Shown: positions 28,635-41,415 of the stretch, in pieces
How the letters are laid out: every line of letters starts with the position of its first letter
Position numbering within the stretch: the first letter of the stretch is position 1
DNA from: the human T2T-CHM13v2.0 reference genome, Homo sapiens
Assembly (NCBI RefSeq): GCF_009914755.1
Contig: NC_060933.1
Strand: one strand, 5' to 3'
DNA length: 64,000 nt
The notes under the pieces: generated by a model
What the model saw: only the letters and a program-made list of their open reading frames with translations
Databases searched by the model: none
Told to the model about the DNA's origin: nothing
Translations under genes and position numbers: made by a program

Positions 28635-31600
28635 CCAACACAATGGGGAAAATGTCTCCAGTTCATGTCAGAGACCTTCTCAGCAGCCCCTATTATCATA
28701 GGTCGGGAGGTCTAGGAGGGAAAAATGGTTTCATGGGCCAGGTCCAGGGCCCACCTCCTGTGTGCAGCCTCAGGACTTGGTGCCCTACACCCCAGCCACT
28801 CCAGCTATGACTAAAAGGGGCCAAGGGACAGCTTGGGCCATTGCTTCAGAGGATGCAAGCTCCAAGCCTTGGCAGCTTCCACATGGTGTTGGTCCTGCAG
28901 GTGAGCAGAAGTCAAGAATTGAGGTTTGGGAACCTCTGCCAAGATTTCAGAGGATGTATGGAAACACCTGGATGTCCAGGCAGAGGTTTGCTGCAGGGGC
29001 AAGGCTCTCATGAAGAATCTCTGCAAGGGCAATGCAGAAGGGAAATGTGGAGTTGGAGTGCCTACACAGAGTCCCCACTGCAGCACTGCCTAGTGGAGCT
29101 GTGAGAAGAGGGCTACCATCCTCCAGACCCCAGACAGATCAACTGACAGCTTGCACTGTGTGCCTGGAAAAATCACAGACCCTCCATACCAGCCCGTAAA
29201 GGCAGCTGGGGTGGGGGCCTGTACCCTGCAAAGCTACAGGGGCAGAGCTGCCTAAGGCTGTGGGAGCCTACCTCTTGCATCAGCATGACCTGGATGTGAG
29301 ACATGGAGTCAAAGGAAATCATTTTAGAGCTTTAAGATTTAATAGCTACCCCTTTGGATTTTGGACTTGCATGGGACCAGCAGCCCTTTTGTTTTGGCTG
29401 CTGGTCCCATGCAAGCCCTTTTGTTTCTCCCATTTGGAATGGTAACATTTATCCAATGCCTGCACCCCCATTTTATCTTGGAAGCAATTAACTTGCTTTT
29501 TATTTTACAGGCTACTGGGCAGAAGGGACTTGACTTGTCTCAGATGAGACTCTGAACTTTGAAATAAGACTTTGGGGGACTGTGGGAGGCATAATGGGTT
29601 TTGAAATATGAGGACATGAGATTTGGGAGGGACCAGGGACACAATGATATGGTTAGGATCTGGGTCCTCACCCAAATCTCATCTTGAATTGTAATCCCCC
29701 ATAATCCCCATGTGTTGAGAGTGGGACCTGGTGAGAGGTGACGAGATCATGGGGGTGGTTTCCCCCATGCTGTTCTCATAGTAGTGAGTGAGTTCTCATG
29801 AGATCTGATGGTTTTATAAGGGCCTCTTCCCCCTTGGCTCTGCATTTCTCTCTCCTGCCACCTTATGAAGATGGATGTGTTTGCTTCAATTTTCACCATT
29901 ATCGTATGTTTCCTGAGGCCTCCCCAGCCATGCGGAAATGTCAGTTAATTGAACCTATTTATATATTACTCAGTCTCAGGTATAATTTTTATAGCAGTGT
30001 GAAAACAGACTAATAGAGTAAATTGGTACCAGGAGTGGGGCAGTGCTATAAAGATACCTGAAAATGTGGAAGTCACTTTGAAACTGGGTGATGGGCAGAG
30101 GTTGGAAGAGTTTGGAGAACTCAGAAGAAGACAGGAAGATGTGAGAAAGTTTGGAACCTCCTAGAGACTTGTTGAATGGTTTTGACCAAAATGCTGATAG
30201 TGATATGGACAATGAGGTCCAGGCTGAGGTGGTCTCAGATGGAGATAAGAAACTTATTGGGAATTGGAGCAAAGGTCAGTCTTGCTATGCTTTAGCAAAG
30301 AGACTGGTGGCATTTTGCCCTGGTGCTACAGATCTGTGGAACCGTAAACTTGAGAGAGATGATCTGAAATTGGAACTTATGTTTAAAAGGGGAGCAGAGC
30401 ACAAAAGTTTAGAAATTTCACAGCCTGACTAACAATGTAGTAGAAAAGAAAAACCCATTTTCCAGTGAGAAATTAAAGCCAGCTGCAGAAATTTGCATAT
30501 AAAACGAAGAGCTGAATGTCAATCACCAAGACAATGGGGAAAATGTCTCCAGGGCATGTAAGAGGGCTTTACAGCAGCCCCTCTCATCACAGGCCCAGAG
30601 GCCTAGTGGGGAAAAATGGTTTCATGGGCCAGGCCCAGGACCTTGCTGCTTTGTACGGTCTCATGACTTGGTGCCCTGCATCCCAGCTGTGCCTAAAGGG
30701 GCCAATGTATAGCTCAGACCATCACTTCAGAAGGTGCAAGCCCCAAGCCTTGGTGGCTTCCACATGGTATTGGGCCTGCAGGTACTCAGACGTCAAGAAT
30801 TGAGGTTTGGGAACCTCTGCCTACATTTCAGAAACACCTCGATATCCAGGTAGAAATTTGCTGCAGGGATGGAGCCCTCATGGAGAACCTCTACTGGGAG
30901 AGTTCAGAAGGGAAATGTGGGGTTGGAGCCCACACACAGAGTCTCCACTGGAAAACTGCCTAGTGTAGCTGTGAGAAGAGGGCCACCATTCTCCAGACCC
31001 CAGAGTGGTAGATCCACTGACAGCTTGCACTGTGCACCTGGAAAAATCACAGACACTCAATGCCAGTCTGTGAAAGCAGCCACAGGGGCTGTGCCCTACA
31101 GAGCCACATGGGCAGAGCTGCCCAAGACCATGGGAGCCCACCTGTTGTATCACTATGACATGGGTGAAACATGAAGTCAAAGGGAGATCATTTTGGAGCT
31201 TTAAGACTTAATGACTGCACCACTGGATTTCAGACTTGCATGGGGCCTGTAGCTCCTTTGTTTTGGCCAAATTCTCCCATTTGGAATGGGAGCATTTATC
31301 CAATACCTGTATCCCCATTGTATTTAGTAAGTAACTAACTTGCTTTTGATTTTTTAGGCTCCTAGACAAAAGGAACTTGCTCTGTCTCAGATGAAACTTT
31401 GCACGTGAACTTGTGAGTTAATGCTGGAATGAGTTAAGACTTTGGAGGGACTGTTGGGAAGGCATGATTGTCTTTTGAAATGTGAGAAAGATGAGATTTG
31501 GGAGGATCCAGGGGCAGAATGACATGCTGTGGCTCTGTGTCCCCACCCAAATCTCATCTTGAATTGTAATCCCCATGTGTTGGGGGAGGGACCTCATGGG

Positions 31601-31999
31601 AGGTGATTAAATCATGGGGTGGTTCCCCCATGCTGTTCTTGTGTTAGTGACTCCTCATGAGATCTGATGGTTTTATAGGTGGCTTTTCACCCTTGGCTCT
31701 GCACTTCTCTCTCTTGCCACCTTATGAAGAAGGACATGTTTGCTTCCCCTTCTGCCATGATTGTAAGTTTCCTGACGCCTCTGTAGCTGTACAGAAATGT
31801 GAATCAATATCTTTTATTTATAAATTCCTCAGTCTCAGGTATTTATTTTCTTTATAGCAATGTGAGAATGGACTAATATACCATACTAGTCATTTAGTAT
31901 TTTGAATATCCTCTACCCTTATCAATACTTTAATGAATTAGTTCCTAAAATGTTTCATGAACCGTGTTGTTATTATTATGTTGAATGAGATAGCTATGA

Positions 32000-32680
32000 T
32001 TCTTACCTCTGTGGAGAGAAAACAGTGTATTAACAAATAACAAAAATAAACTATGATGATTGCAGGGCAGAGAGACAGCAGGGAGGTATTATGGAAGCAC
32101 ACTGATGGTAGTTTAATTATATAACACATTAGTATAGAAAACAGAGAAGGCCTTCCCCAATAAACAACATTTAAGATGAGTTTAGAAGGATGAGTAGAAA
32201 TTATCTAGAAAATGTCTACGTTATCTGAAAAATGTGTATTGGGGCAAGGGGAGAGAGGGTGACAGTGTCAGAGGTAACAGAAAGTACTAAGATACAACAT
32301 AAAAGACAGTAATGAAAGAGCTGAAAGAGCTCAGAAAGGCCAGAGGGTACACTGAGCAAGGTAGGTTGCTACTAGGTAAGGCTAAAGAGGGTGACAAGCA
32401 ACAGGGCTCTTGAATAATTTGTAAAATATGCTGTGAAGTTCAAACTTTATCCTAAAGGCAAAGGAAAGTCTTTTCAGCAAAGATTTATTATTCATAGACA
32501 ATCTTTCTGCAGGGTGGAGAAAAAATGGTTTTGAGGTCTTTTAAGAGGGGGGAGATAAGAAAAATGTCTATTACTGCAATCCAGGTAAAACAATTGGTGA
32601 TGACCAGGGCTGAATTCTGGCAATCAAGATGGTGGGAAATGGATGGATTTGAAAGGTATTTAACAGGTAGGACCACTTGT
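32000..32680 (-). mobile_element. L2 fragment
   Basis: actttatcctaaaggcaaaggaaagtc, gtctattactgcaatccaggtaa. Confidence 0.7.
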
Positions 32681-33704
32681 CATTTAACATCGATTGCTCA
32701 GAATTTTATTCATATATCTAGAAATAATTTCCATGTTGCCCATATATTCTGAACCAAAAAGGAAGACACATTTTTACCAATGGCATAAAATGTTTGAAAT
32801 TGGATCTATTTTGGAAAAATCTAGGATATTTGATATTACACTGATCTCCTCAATTATAGTATAATCTTCTAATGATAATACATCATTCTGTCTCTCACAG
32901 TATTTAGCACAGACATGAGCATATGTTAGGCGCTCAGTAATGCTGTTTGATAAACTCAAAAGTGCCTATGTGAAATTCAACAGCTAAGCAGAAAACTTAA
33001 AGGACACATGGTTCTAACCTATTTCTACAATGACGGGTTGCTAAATTGTTTGTTGCTGATATACTTTTTAAATGACCTATAACCTAGAATATATTTAGTA
33101 AGAAATGATAAACAATGTGGTATTTCAGGAATATCTTGAGTCTGATGACCCCTTGACCAACACCGAGTTCATCATACTTTTAGTTCATAAATGTATCTGC
33201 CCTTAGGCTGTGTTTGAGAGCCAAAAGTGTTTTTATTTAATATGAAGCTGATATTATTGATTTTTCTTCCACACATAGTGGGGACATGATAATCCAACCT
33301 TATATTTATTAGGCCGACTAATCATTAGTTGTGGTCAAACTTTGGAAAATTCAGGGCTTTGGTTGTGTTCCAAGTGTTCAAAAGTCCAGATGCTCATTCA
33401 GAGTGTTCATTCACTAGTGAAAGCACTGAAGACCTTTCCCTTATACCTCAATTATTTTCTTGGTGATATTTGTTTTCCTTTCTCCCAGGCCTTCCGTCCA
33501 GCTACAATCTCATAATTAGCTAATTTATAAATTCCCTTCTATGACGTTTCAGCCCAATTAGTTCTAGAGAGTTCTTAAATAGATTTTTTTTTCCTAGTGT
33601 GGGAGGGTAAGAAATATTTCAGATACTCTCCAGTGTCCAGCATGATGTATTATTTTTAATTTTTTTTACTTTTTTTTTAAAATACTCCACTGAGCTCATA
33701 CCTA

Positions 33705-33950
33705 CAGCATGATGTATTAGAAGAACATGAGCTTATGGTCAAATATCCTAGTTTGAAGACTATTTTAGCCACTCACATTGTAAAGTTGGACAAATAAAAC
33801 ATCTTTTCAGTTTTTGTTCCCTTATTTACTAAATGTGGATAAAAATAATGTAATTCACATTTCTTAATATTAAATGACAACACACATAAAGGTTTTTCTT
33901 TTTTTTTTTTTAACATAACCTGACATATAATAAATGGTCAAAATACACCA
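33705..33950 (+). mobile_element. MIR
   Basis: cctagtttgaagac..agccactcac..tttcagtttttgttcccttatttactaaatg core. Confidence 0.65.
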
Positions 33951-34987
33951 ATTCTGCCACCCCATTTCCTTTTATTGTCAATTGATCTATTAGTCAGAGA
34001 CTGAGCTGAGGCTGCCTAATAATCTTCTTACCCACCACTCCCAGACTTCCAACTATTCTAATTAAGAATGAGAGTCAACTTACTACAATAGGGATGTCCA
34101 CTTGTAACCGTGTCTATGGATCTGAACTGACAGACACATTCGTGGCTCCTGCTGCATAGTTTTCATCTTGAAAGACAACAAGGAGATCTTTCATTAATTA
34201 CAAACTGGCTATAAACATCTGAAGAGCCATGTCCACAAAGGACTGATGTTTATTCATCATAACATGTATCATAGTCTTCACCTAGTGCATGCTCAATAAA
34301 CTATTTTGAATACATTCACAAAATAAACTTGTTGAGGAGGTTGTGAAGTTCTGCCCATTCCCAAGAAAGTCATGACAAACAAGTGTTTCCCTGGAAGCTA
34401 GAGAGAAAAGAACTGCCTCATTCACCGTTCCATTCCTAGTTCCTGTCTTACAGTATGGACCCAATACATATTTATCATTGAATGAATGAGCAAGCAAATG
34501 AATAATTGAATGAAAGTAATTTTCTATATTCTACCCTACATGGATTTGCTGATGCAAGGCCCTAACAGAGAAAAAAAAAATGTCTGTGTAGGAAGGACTC
34601 TGATTGGGTAGCTTGCAAGAAAAGACAAAAAAAAAAGGAAGAGAAAAATCACAGAGGAAGTGGATTTCACCTGAGGAAACCCTTTATAACAATATTAACA
34701 ATGTTTTAAAGAAATTCTAAGAACCAAGGACAGGTTTTTGAGTTAGGAAAGAAACGAGCATATTGGATGTTTCCAATGAAGGTATAAGTAAATTTGTACA
34801 TGATGTGGCATAATTTTGAGAAAGAAGGTTTATCTCTGTACCTCTTTTTTTTCACTTTTTATTTTATTATCTGTCCAAACCTTGCCTGCTCCCTCCTAAC
34901 CACACTGCATATTGCTTGAAGTCCTGAGGCTTTTCTGATTGGTCACCCATCATCCATTCAACAATTACCAACATTTAAGAAGTAGAG

Positions 34988-35403
34988 TAGATGCCTGCAG
35001 TTCTCCATACCTGTCCCCCAGTCCTTGACTGCATATTACTTATCAGTACTTGTACCTGCAACTTTGTTCCAATGTTATCTGTGAACCCCAGGGACAGCTT
35101 CCCCCGGACAGAGCTGCAAGTGCTGGGGAGTTTATAACCCTCCGGGGACAGCCTTCAGTCAATGACTAACTAAGGGCAGCTTTGAAATTCCATCTGTTTG
35201 CTTTGAGACAGGACAAACTCTGTTATGTCATGAATGTTCAGATCTCTTGTGGAATCAGGCTGGGTCTGGAAATAACCCAAAGTTATTATTTTTTGGCTTC
35301 TCTATAATGTTGCTCCATATCCTCACTGATACCTCTTGGGGTGACTTTCTTAATAAACTACTTGCACATTCATCACAGCTGTTTAAAAACTTGAGCTAAA
35401 ATA
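34988..35403 (+). mobile_element. ERVL LTR (LTR16-like)
   Basis: caagtgctggggagtt, cagccttcagtcaatgact, cttaataaactacttgcac. Confidence 0.7.
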
Positions 35404-36782
35404 CTGAAACATTGCCATAGGCCAGGAATTTCTCTCCAACTCTGTACCCGAAAATACTACTTACCAGACATCTACTGAATAGTGAAGTTAAGATGAGGAA
35501 ATTCTAATTACTTTTATGATGATAATTCTAGACTGCCCATAACTTGCTTGTTTCCAACCTGGTCTTTCTTAAATCCAGTTTCCTTTCCAGTTTTCAGCAG
35601 CCTCTATGATCTTAAAGTTTGTTTTTACTCTCTTTCTTACTCCTAACTTTCGACTCTAACTCAAAGATTCTGGTTTGAACTGACCAACAATCAGCACATC
35701 TAATTTTAGCCTTTTATCTAGTACTTGGACACTTTACCCAATTTGCTCAGGCCTAGAACTGTAGGGGCATTGTCATCCTCTGCAAGTTTGGAGGTTAGGG
35801 CTGACGTTTCAGGTACTCCACTCGACAACCAGAATTCAAAGATGGTTAAGATTGTGTATTGAAAAATAGTACCAGGTTAACAGTCATTGATATAAAGTCT
35901 CTAAAATTCTAAATAAAACACCCCTAAAAACACAGGGGGAAAAATAGAAGAAAATTTGCAACACTACTGTAATTAAGAGCAACAGTCCTACTGCAGTCGG
36001 GATGTCCACTTGTTAACTAGGTCTATGGAACTGAACTGACAGACACATTGATGGTTCCTGCTGCATAGTTTCTATCTTGAAAGACAACAAGGAGATCTTT
36101 TGCCAATTGTATACTGCCTATTTCTGGAATTGAACAGGCAAGATCTATAGTTAATACAACCTAGAAAAATTGTTGGTTATCTTTCTACTGCAAAGAAAAT
36201 ATGTTCTACAAGATTATTAGAACACATTCTTCTCTTCTCTAGCAAGAATATCTACCTCTCCACCAAACCCAAGATTTTCTTACACATGCTATCCTCATGT
36301 AAGGAAGAGACAGAAAGATTCTTAGACATAGGTGAGAACAGAGGTGAGTAAGTAAATAGTATACATACCATATATCACCCGCAAATGATCTATGAATTTA
36401 TAATGTGTAGATAAAAATATTTGATTAAGAGAAGAATCAATGTGGAGAATTTAGGAACCTGGAAGTATTGCTATACTTTTTTTCTGGTGAGGAATAAAAT
36501 CTGGTAAAATAGAATTACAAAAATTATAAATATGATTTAATTTCAAAATAAATCTGAAGAGAACACATATGTGTAAAAAATAATTTGTAGTTGTAATTTG
36601 GTTCTCTTCCAGATTTTATTTATTTTAATATGGATTATAAAATGGAAGAAAAGCTTTTAAGTAGAAATAAAAATTAGTAAATCCCTATCCCAAATTCTTA
36701 TGCTAAGTATCATAGAAAGACATGGAAGGGGATCAAGTTCACATTTTGCAAAGATCCCTCTGAGTATGATATGAAGGCCGGA

Positions 36783-36975
36783 CAGTGGTATGCTGGAGCT
36801 GAACTCATAGGCTCCAAGAGTCTATTGTTAAATTTACAGGAATTTTGCAAGCCCTCTGCTTAACATGTACATCCTTGAAATCAGCCGTGTTGGGAGTATT
36901 TATAATGCGGAAATGGGCAAATGCTAGAAAGCCAAGGTTTTCCTCCCCTAGTAAACATTTACCAGCACACTACTG
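36783..36975. mobile_element. MER63-like hAT-Blackjack element
   Basis: TIRs cagtggtatgctgg / ccagcacactactg; ttgaaatcagcc..gggagtattta. Confidence 0.75.
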
Positions 36976-37339
36976 AAAATGGCTGATAGGCAGATAAAAG
37001 AATCTGGGAGACAAGTAAGGAAGCTTTTGATGTTCTCCAGAAAAGAGATGTGGTGGCTTGACGCAGGTAGTTAGTCATGGAAATATACCAATTAGGCTAT
37101 GGTCTTCAGGTAGTTGTACCAGGGTAAGTGAAGGATCAAATGTGGGAATGAAGGATAGCCATCAGGGATGACTTGAGCTATGATAGACAGCGTGTTATTT
37201 ACCAAGATGGGAAAAAAGCAGATAAGGAGCAGGGTCTTCTTGTGGTGACAGGAAGAGGACATGGGACAAGGGTTCCATTTTGGCCATGTTTGGTTTATGA
37301 AACTTATTAATGGTACAAGCGGATAAATATAAAAATCAA

Positions 37340-38820
37340 AGTAATGGTTTGGGGGTGCAGAGGAGGCTATGATTAGAAAGAGAAACACAGGTTTCTGGGT
37401 TGCTGACAATGCTCTCAGTGACCTGTATCTGGTTACATAGGATGTTTCCTTAGTGATAATTCATTAAACTGCACAATTATGCCTTTTATATTTTTTCTAT
37501 ATACATTATTTTACAATAACAAAAGTTTTAAAAGCAGAAGAAATATGAGATTTCTAGATAAAAGCTTGGGTAAATATTAACTTGCAGAGAGGAAGGCACA
37601 AAATTATAGAATTCATGAAGAAAAGTCGTACATGCTACTTATAGAAATTAAGATTTTTATTATAGCGAAAAAGACCACGAATAAAGTGGGAAACATATTT
37701 GCAACACTTACGGTGGCAAAGTCAGTTTTGCTAGTTTAACATAGAATTTTTACAAATCATTAGAAAAAGACTAACACACACTATAGAAATGATCTGAACT
37801 GGCAGTTTACAGAAAAGGGAAAAATAAGTGTCTAATATGAAGAAGCTCAATATCATTCATATTTTTTTAAAAGTTTCAAATAAAGATGGCAATGATATTC
37901 AAGTTCTAATCTATTATACCAGTGAAACTATTAATAAAAGTATGATAATATGCTGATTTTCCAAAGATTTGGAGAAATAAGCAAGCATTCCTTTATAATT
38001 GGAATTTTCTGAAGGGGAATTGAGCGATGTTTGTTTTTTCTTTTTTAAAAAAAATCACATACACTTAAACCTGGTGTATGGATGATGGAGTCTGTGATAT
38101 GCTGCCCAGAACCCCCTTCAGTGGAGAAGGATTTGTTTCTCTAGGGGCTGGGAGAGCTGACAACAGCTCCCAGGTGTCAGCACACTTAGAAAATTCCCCA
38201 ACTGAAGAGAGTTGCCTAGTTCAAGGTCATAGCCTCTTTTCACAGCAACTCATATCCAAGGATTAGTCAACTGGGGCATATGAAGACCCCCTTGCTTTAA
38301 CTTGGGACATCTCTGAAGGACCATCCAAGTTTAGAGTCCCCACAGGGTCACTGAGACTGTGCCACCTTCTCCTACTGCCTGATCCTTTGCCCTTTCCCCC
38401 ACTTCCTTGGGTGCCAATTCTAAGAGCTTTCCTTAATAAACCTCCTGCGTGCTAATTTTTCTCTCAGAGTCTGCAGGAACGCAAAAGTGGCACTCAGTGA
38501 TCCCATCATTATACCTTATCAATATAATTGTAAATTATCACTGTGGAATTTGAGAATTTTTTATTACACAAGTTTTTAGTAGCAAAATGTGTGTTAAAAA
38601 GAAGTGTTATCAGTCCATAATTAGTTAAAAATTATGTTATAACTATGAGATACAATACTAGGCAAATAATAAAAATAGGTAGGTAGTTCTGTGTGAAGCC
38701 ATAGGGAAATAGCAAGATATGTTATATTGTTAGTAAGGTGCACAACCGTTTATGGACTGGAGTCATTTTTATAAATAATTAAAAATTGATGATTGATTGA
38801 AGCTACATTTATTTTTAAAA
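37340..38820 (+). mobile_element. Old L1M fragments (3' UTR and ORF2), split by LTR16A
   Basis: aattcattaaactgcaca; atatttgcaaca; gatctgaactggcagtttacagaa. Confidence 0.6.
38075..38490 (+). mobile_element. LTR16A-like ERVL LTR
   Basis: gctgcccagaacccccttcag; gagagttgcctagttcaaggtca; ccttaataaacctcctgc..tcagagtctgc. Confidence 0.8.
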
Positions 38821-38821
38821 T

Positions 38822-39306
38822 TATGGGAGAAATGGCAAAAAATTGCTTAAAAGAATGGCCAAGAGAAAGCACCCCCTCAAATCTTGGCTGCAGATAGCAT
38901 AACTGACTGGAAACCCCAACTGCTGCAGTTTAAAACGTACTGCTGCATTGAGCTAAAGGCCAAGCTTCTCATTCACTGGTTGCTCCTGGCTAGTGACTGA
39001 GTCCAGCAGGGATATTAAGGCAGTCCTGCTCTTGAGACAGGCATCTTCTTCGACAAGTGATCTTGGATTTAGGACTTCTAAATTGTCTTGCTTTAATTTC
39101 CCTAAAACTGTACACAAGTTTAAGAAGCTGTAACTTAGCCTCTTTCCTTCCACACCTCCTTCCCTCAGGTCAGAGCTGCATCATGTTTTGGCTACTCTGC
39201 AAGCTTCTCTCAACTCTCTTCCTATTTTCTTTCACAAGTACTTCCCCTAATAAATTTTTTGCACATCTAGTTCCAGCTCAGTGTCTGCTTCTGGGAGGAC
39301 CTAGAA
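38822..39306 (+). mobile_element. ERVL LTR (LTR40-like)
   Basis: ttcccctaataaattttttgcacatcta..tctgcttctgggaggacc 3' signature. Confidence 0.6.
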
Positions 39307-41032
39307 TTTTCCCATTTTCCTTGTTTAAATGCAGTGGCAGAATTTTCCCATTTTCCTTGGTTAAATGCACTAGCAGAGCAGAAGGGTAAAGGAGACACTT
39401 AATTTTCATTTTCTAGTTTCCTGTAGAGTTTGAATCTTCCAATCATATATGTGTAAAATTCTTAATTGTTAAAATGTCAACAAGTGTTATGATGGCAGAG
39501 ATCTTTGTGCACATTTTATTTTTCTCCTTTATATATTTTTCTTCCCCTGTTTTATTCAAAGAAATCAACTTAACATTATTATCCTCCTCTCCCCCATTAT
39601 TTTTCTCCCAGGAAAATCTTTCTTCTGTATTTAATCCCAACCTGTAAGTTACTTTCAAAAATTTCAAATATGTTTATCTGGTTCAGAGAATAATACTCAT
39701 GGGTGATAAGTTCATGGAGGAAATAAAACCAAGAAATATAATCATCTGAAGAAGGTCACAATTGATGCTGCTGTTGTTTCTCTTGTTACCATTTGGTGTC
39801 ACTGTGGAACATGAGTCAACTGAAGCCTGGTAAAGTCCTTTTGAATGAGCAGAAGCATCGTGGTGACCCAGGGACATATGGCTAACCAGCTGGCACACCA
39901 GTCGATATTTATGCACTGCCACAACACAGTAGTGACTGAGAACAGAGTCACTTTCCTGGCAGTAATTTCTTAAGGTTTAAAAGCAGTGAAAGTCAGTCTT
40001 CCACATGGTTCCACTAAGCTACAGTCACTCTACTACCGCTTTGGCTCTGTGTTTCCAATGTCATAATTCCTTATTACATTATTTTACAGTATACAGATGT
40101 TCTTTACTTTGTGGGTCCCAAAACATCCTTTTTCTATTCTATGTATATGACATTTCCTTGTTCAAATGGACAACGAGAAAAGGAGACACTGAATTGATTT
40201 GTTGTAATTATGAGATTGAGATTGGAAGCATTTTTTTTTTTGCTTTTGATTGTTGTAGTATTATATGTGTAATTATTTTTTAAGGAAACCTTTTAAAGAG
40301 CATGCTTGACAAATTATTTATTTAACATTCAAATGCTGTATTCCCATGCAGATTTACTAACATCACAGTCTTTGAGTCTTTCTTAGTCTTTCCATGGCTT
40401 TGTATATTACCAACCTCGTACATACCAGCTTTGGCCAATCACAAAAACACTCAGAGTGGCTTTATAGCACTTATGGAGAGGTTGACAACACATCTTACTA
40501 CAAATTGTGTCTATTACCCAGTTCACTACTTTCATTAATGACTCCAACCTCATGGGGAAATGCAATGCTTTGTCACACACTGATCATGCTTAAAAGAGGA
40601 TATCTTCAGCTTCTGCTCTTATTTTCAAACAGAAAATCTGTTTGTTGTTACTCACAGTTCACTAGTAGTAATGCAGGAGGTAGAGGTGGACCGTGTATAC
40701 CAGACCTTTGCAATGAGATCTGGTAAGTCTCCACCAGTATGGACTGGAAAAAGAGTTTCTCAGGAGATGCTATGCCCAGCTTCTCCCTCCACCTCATACT
40801 CTCATCAAAAAGTCATTGTGAAAGCTGGAGCATTTGTTCAAATGTTTGAATTTGGTCTCAAAGTCTTCTATTTTGCTGTCACAAAAGATTACTAGAGCAG
40901 CTTTCCAGCCCCACTCTATATCTCAGGGCAAGGCAAGGACACTTGTTTGTTTTAGTTTTGATTAATGTTTGCTTATCTGGACTCATTGTCAGAAAATTCT
41001 AGCCAGGTCTTTTTGGTCTTTTTAAAAATACA

Positions 41033-41415
41033 TTCTATAAATTGAACTGCCTCTCCCCAAATTTTATATATTGAAGCCCTAACCACCAGTGTGACTATAT
41101 TTGGAAATAAGACCTGTGAGGAGGTGATAAAGGTTAAATGAGGTCACAAGGGTGAGGCCCTAGCCTAACAGGGCTGGTGCCCTTAGAAGAAAAGGAAGAG
41201 ATACCAAAATAGAGAGCTCTCTCTCTCTCTCTCCACTCTGTAAGAACACAGCAAGAAGGCAGCCATCTGTAAGGCAGGAAAAGAGTCCTCACCAGCAGTT
41301 GACCACGTTGGCCCCTTCATCTTGCACTTTCAGCTTCCAGGACTGTGAGAAAACGAATGTCTTTAAGCCATCCAATCTGTGGTATTTTGTTATAGCAGCC
41401 CAAGCTGACTAATAT
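41033..41415 (+). mobile_element. MLT1A-like solo LTR
   Basis: tgaagccctaacc..gtgactatatttgga..aaggttaaatgaggtca..tatagcagcccaagctgactaa. Confidence 0.85.

Larger units (their letters stand above)
26718..31880 (+). mobile_element. Tandem MaLR (THE1D/MSTA-like): LTR 26718-27087, int, LTR 29645-30017, int, LTR 31520-31880
   Basis: Three LTRs in one orientation; two internal regions each starting gtaaattggtac; perfect TSD ccata at 26713-17 and 31881-85. Confidence 0.93.

Noticed and set aside
27088-31519. Clusters of ORFs in MaLR internal regions
   Set aside because: Short broken pieces of MaLR internal sequence on both strands; no intact gene.
40658-40722. Possible exon (ctcacag|...ctg|gtaagt), plus isolated donors at ~45322 and elsewhere
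   Set aside because: Splice-like motifs occur often by chance; no coding homology or transcript evidence available.
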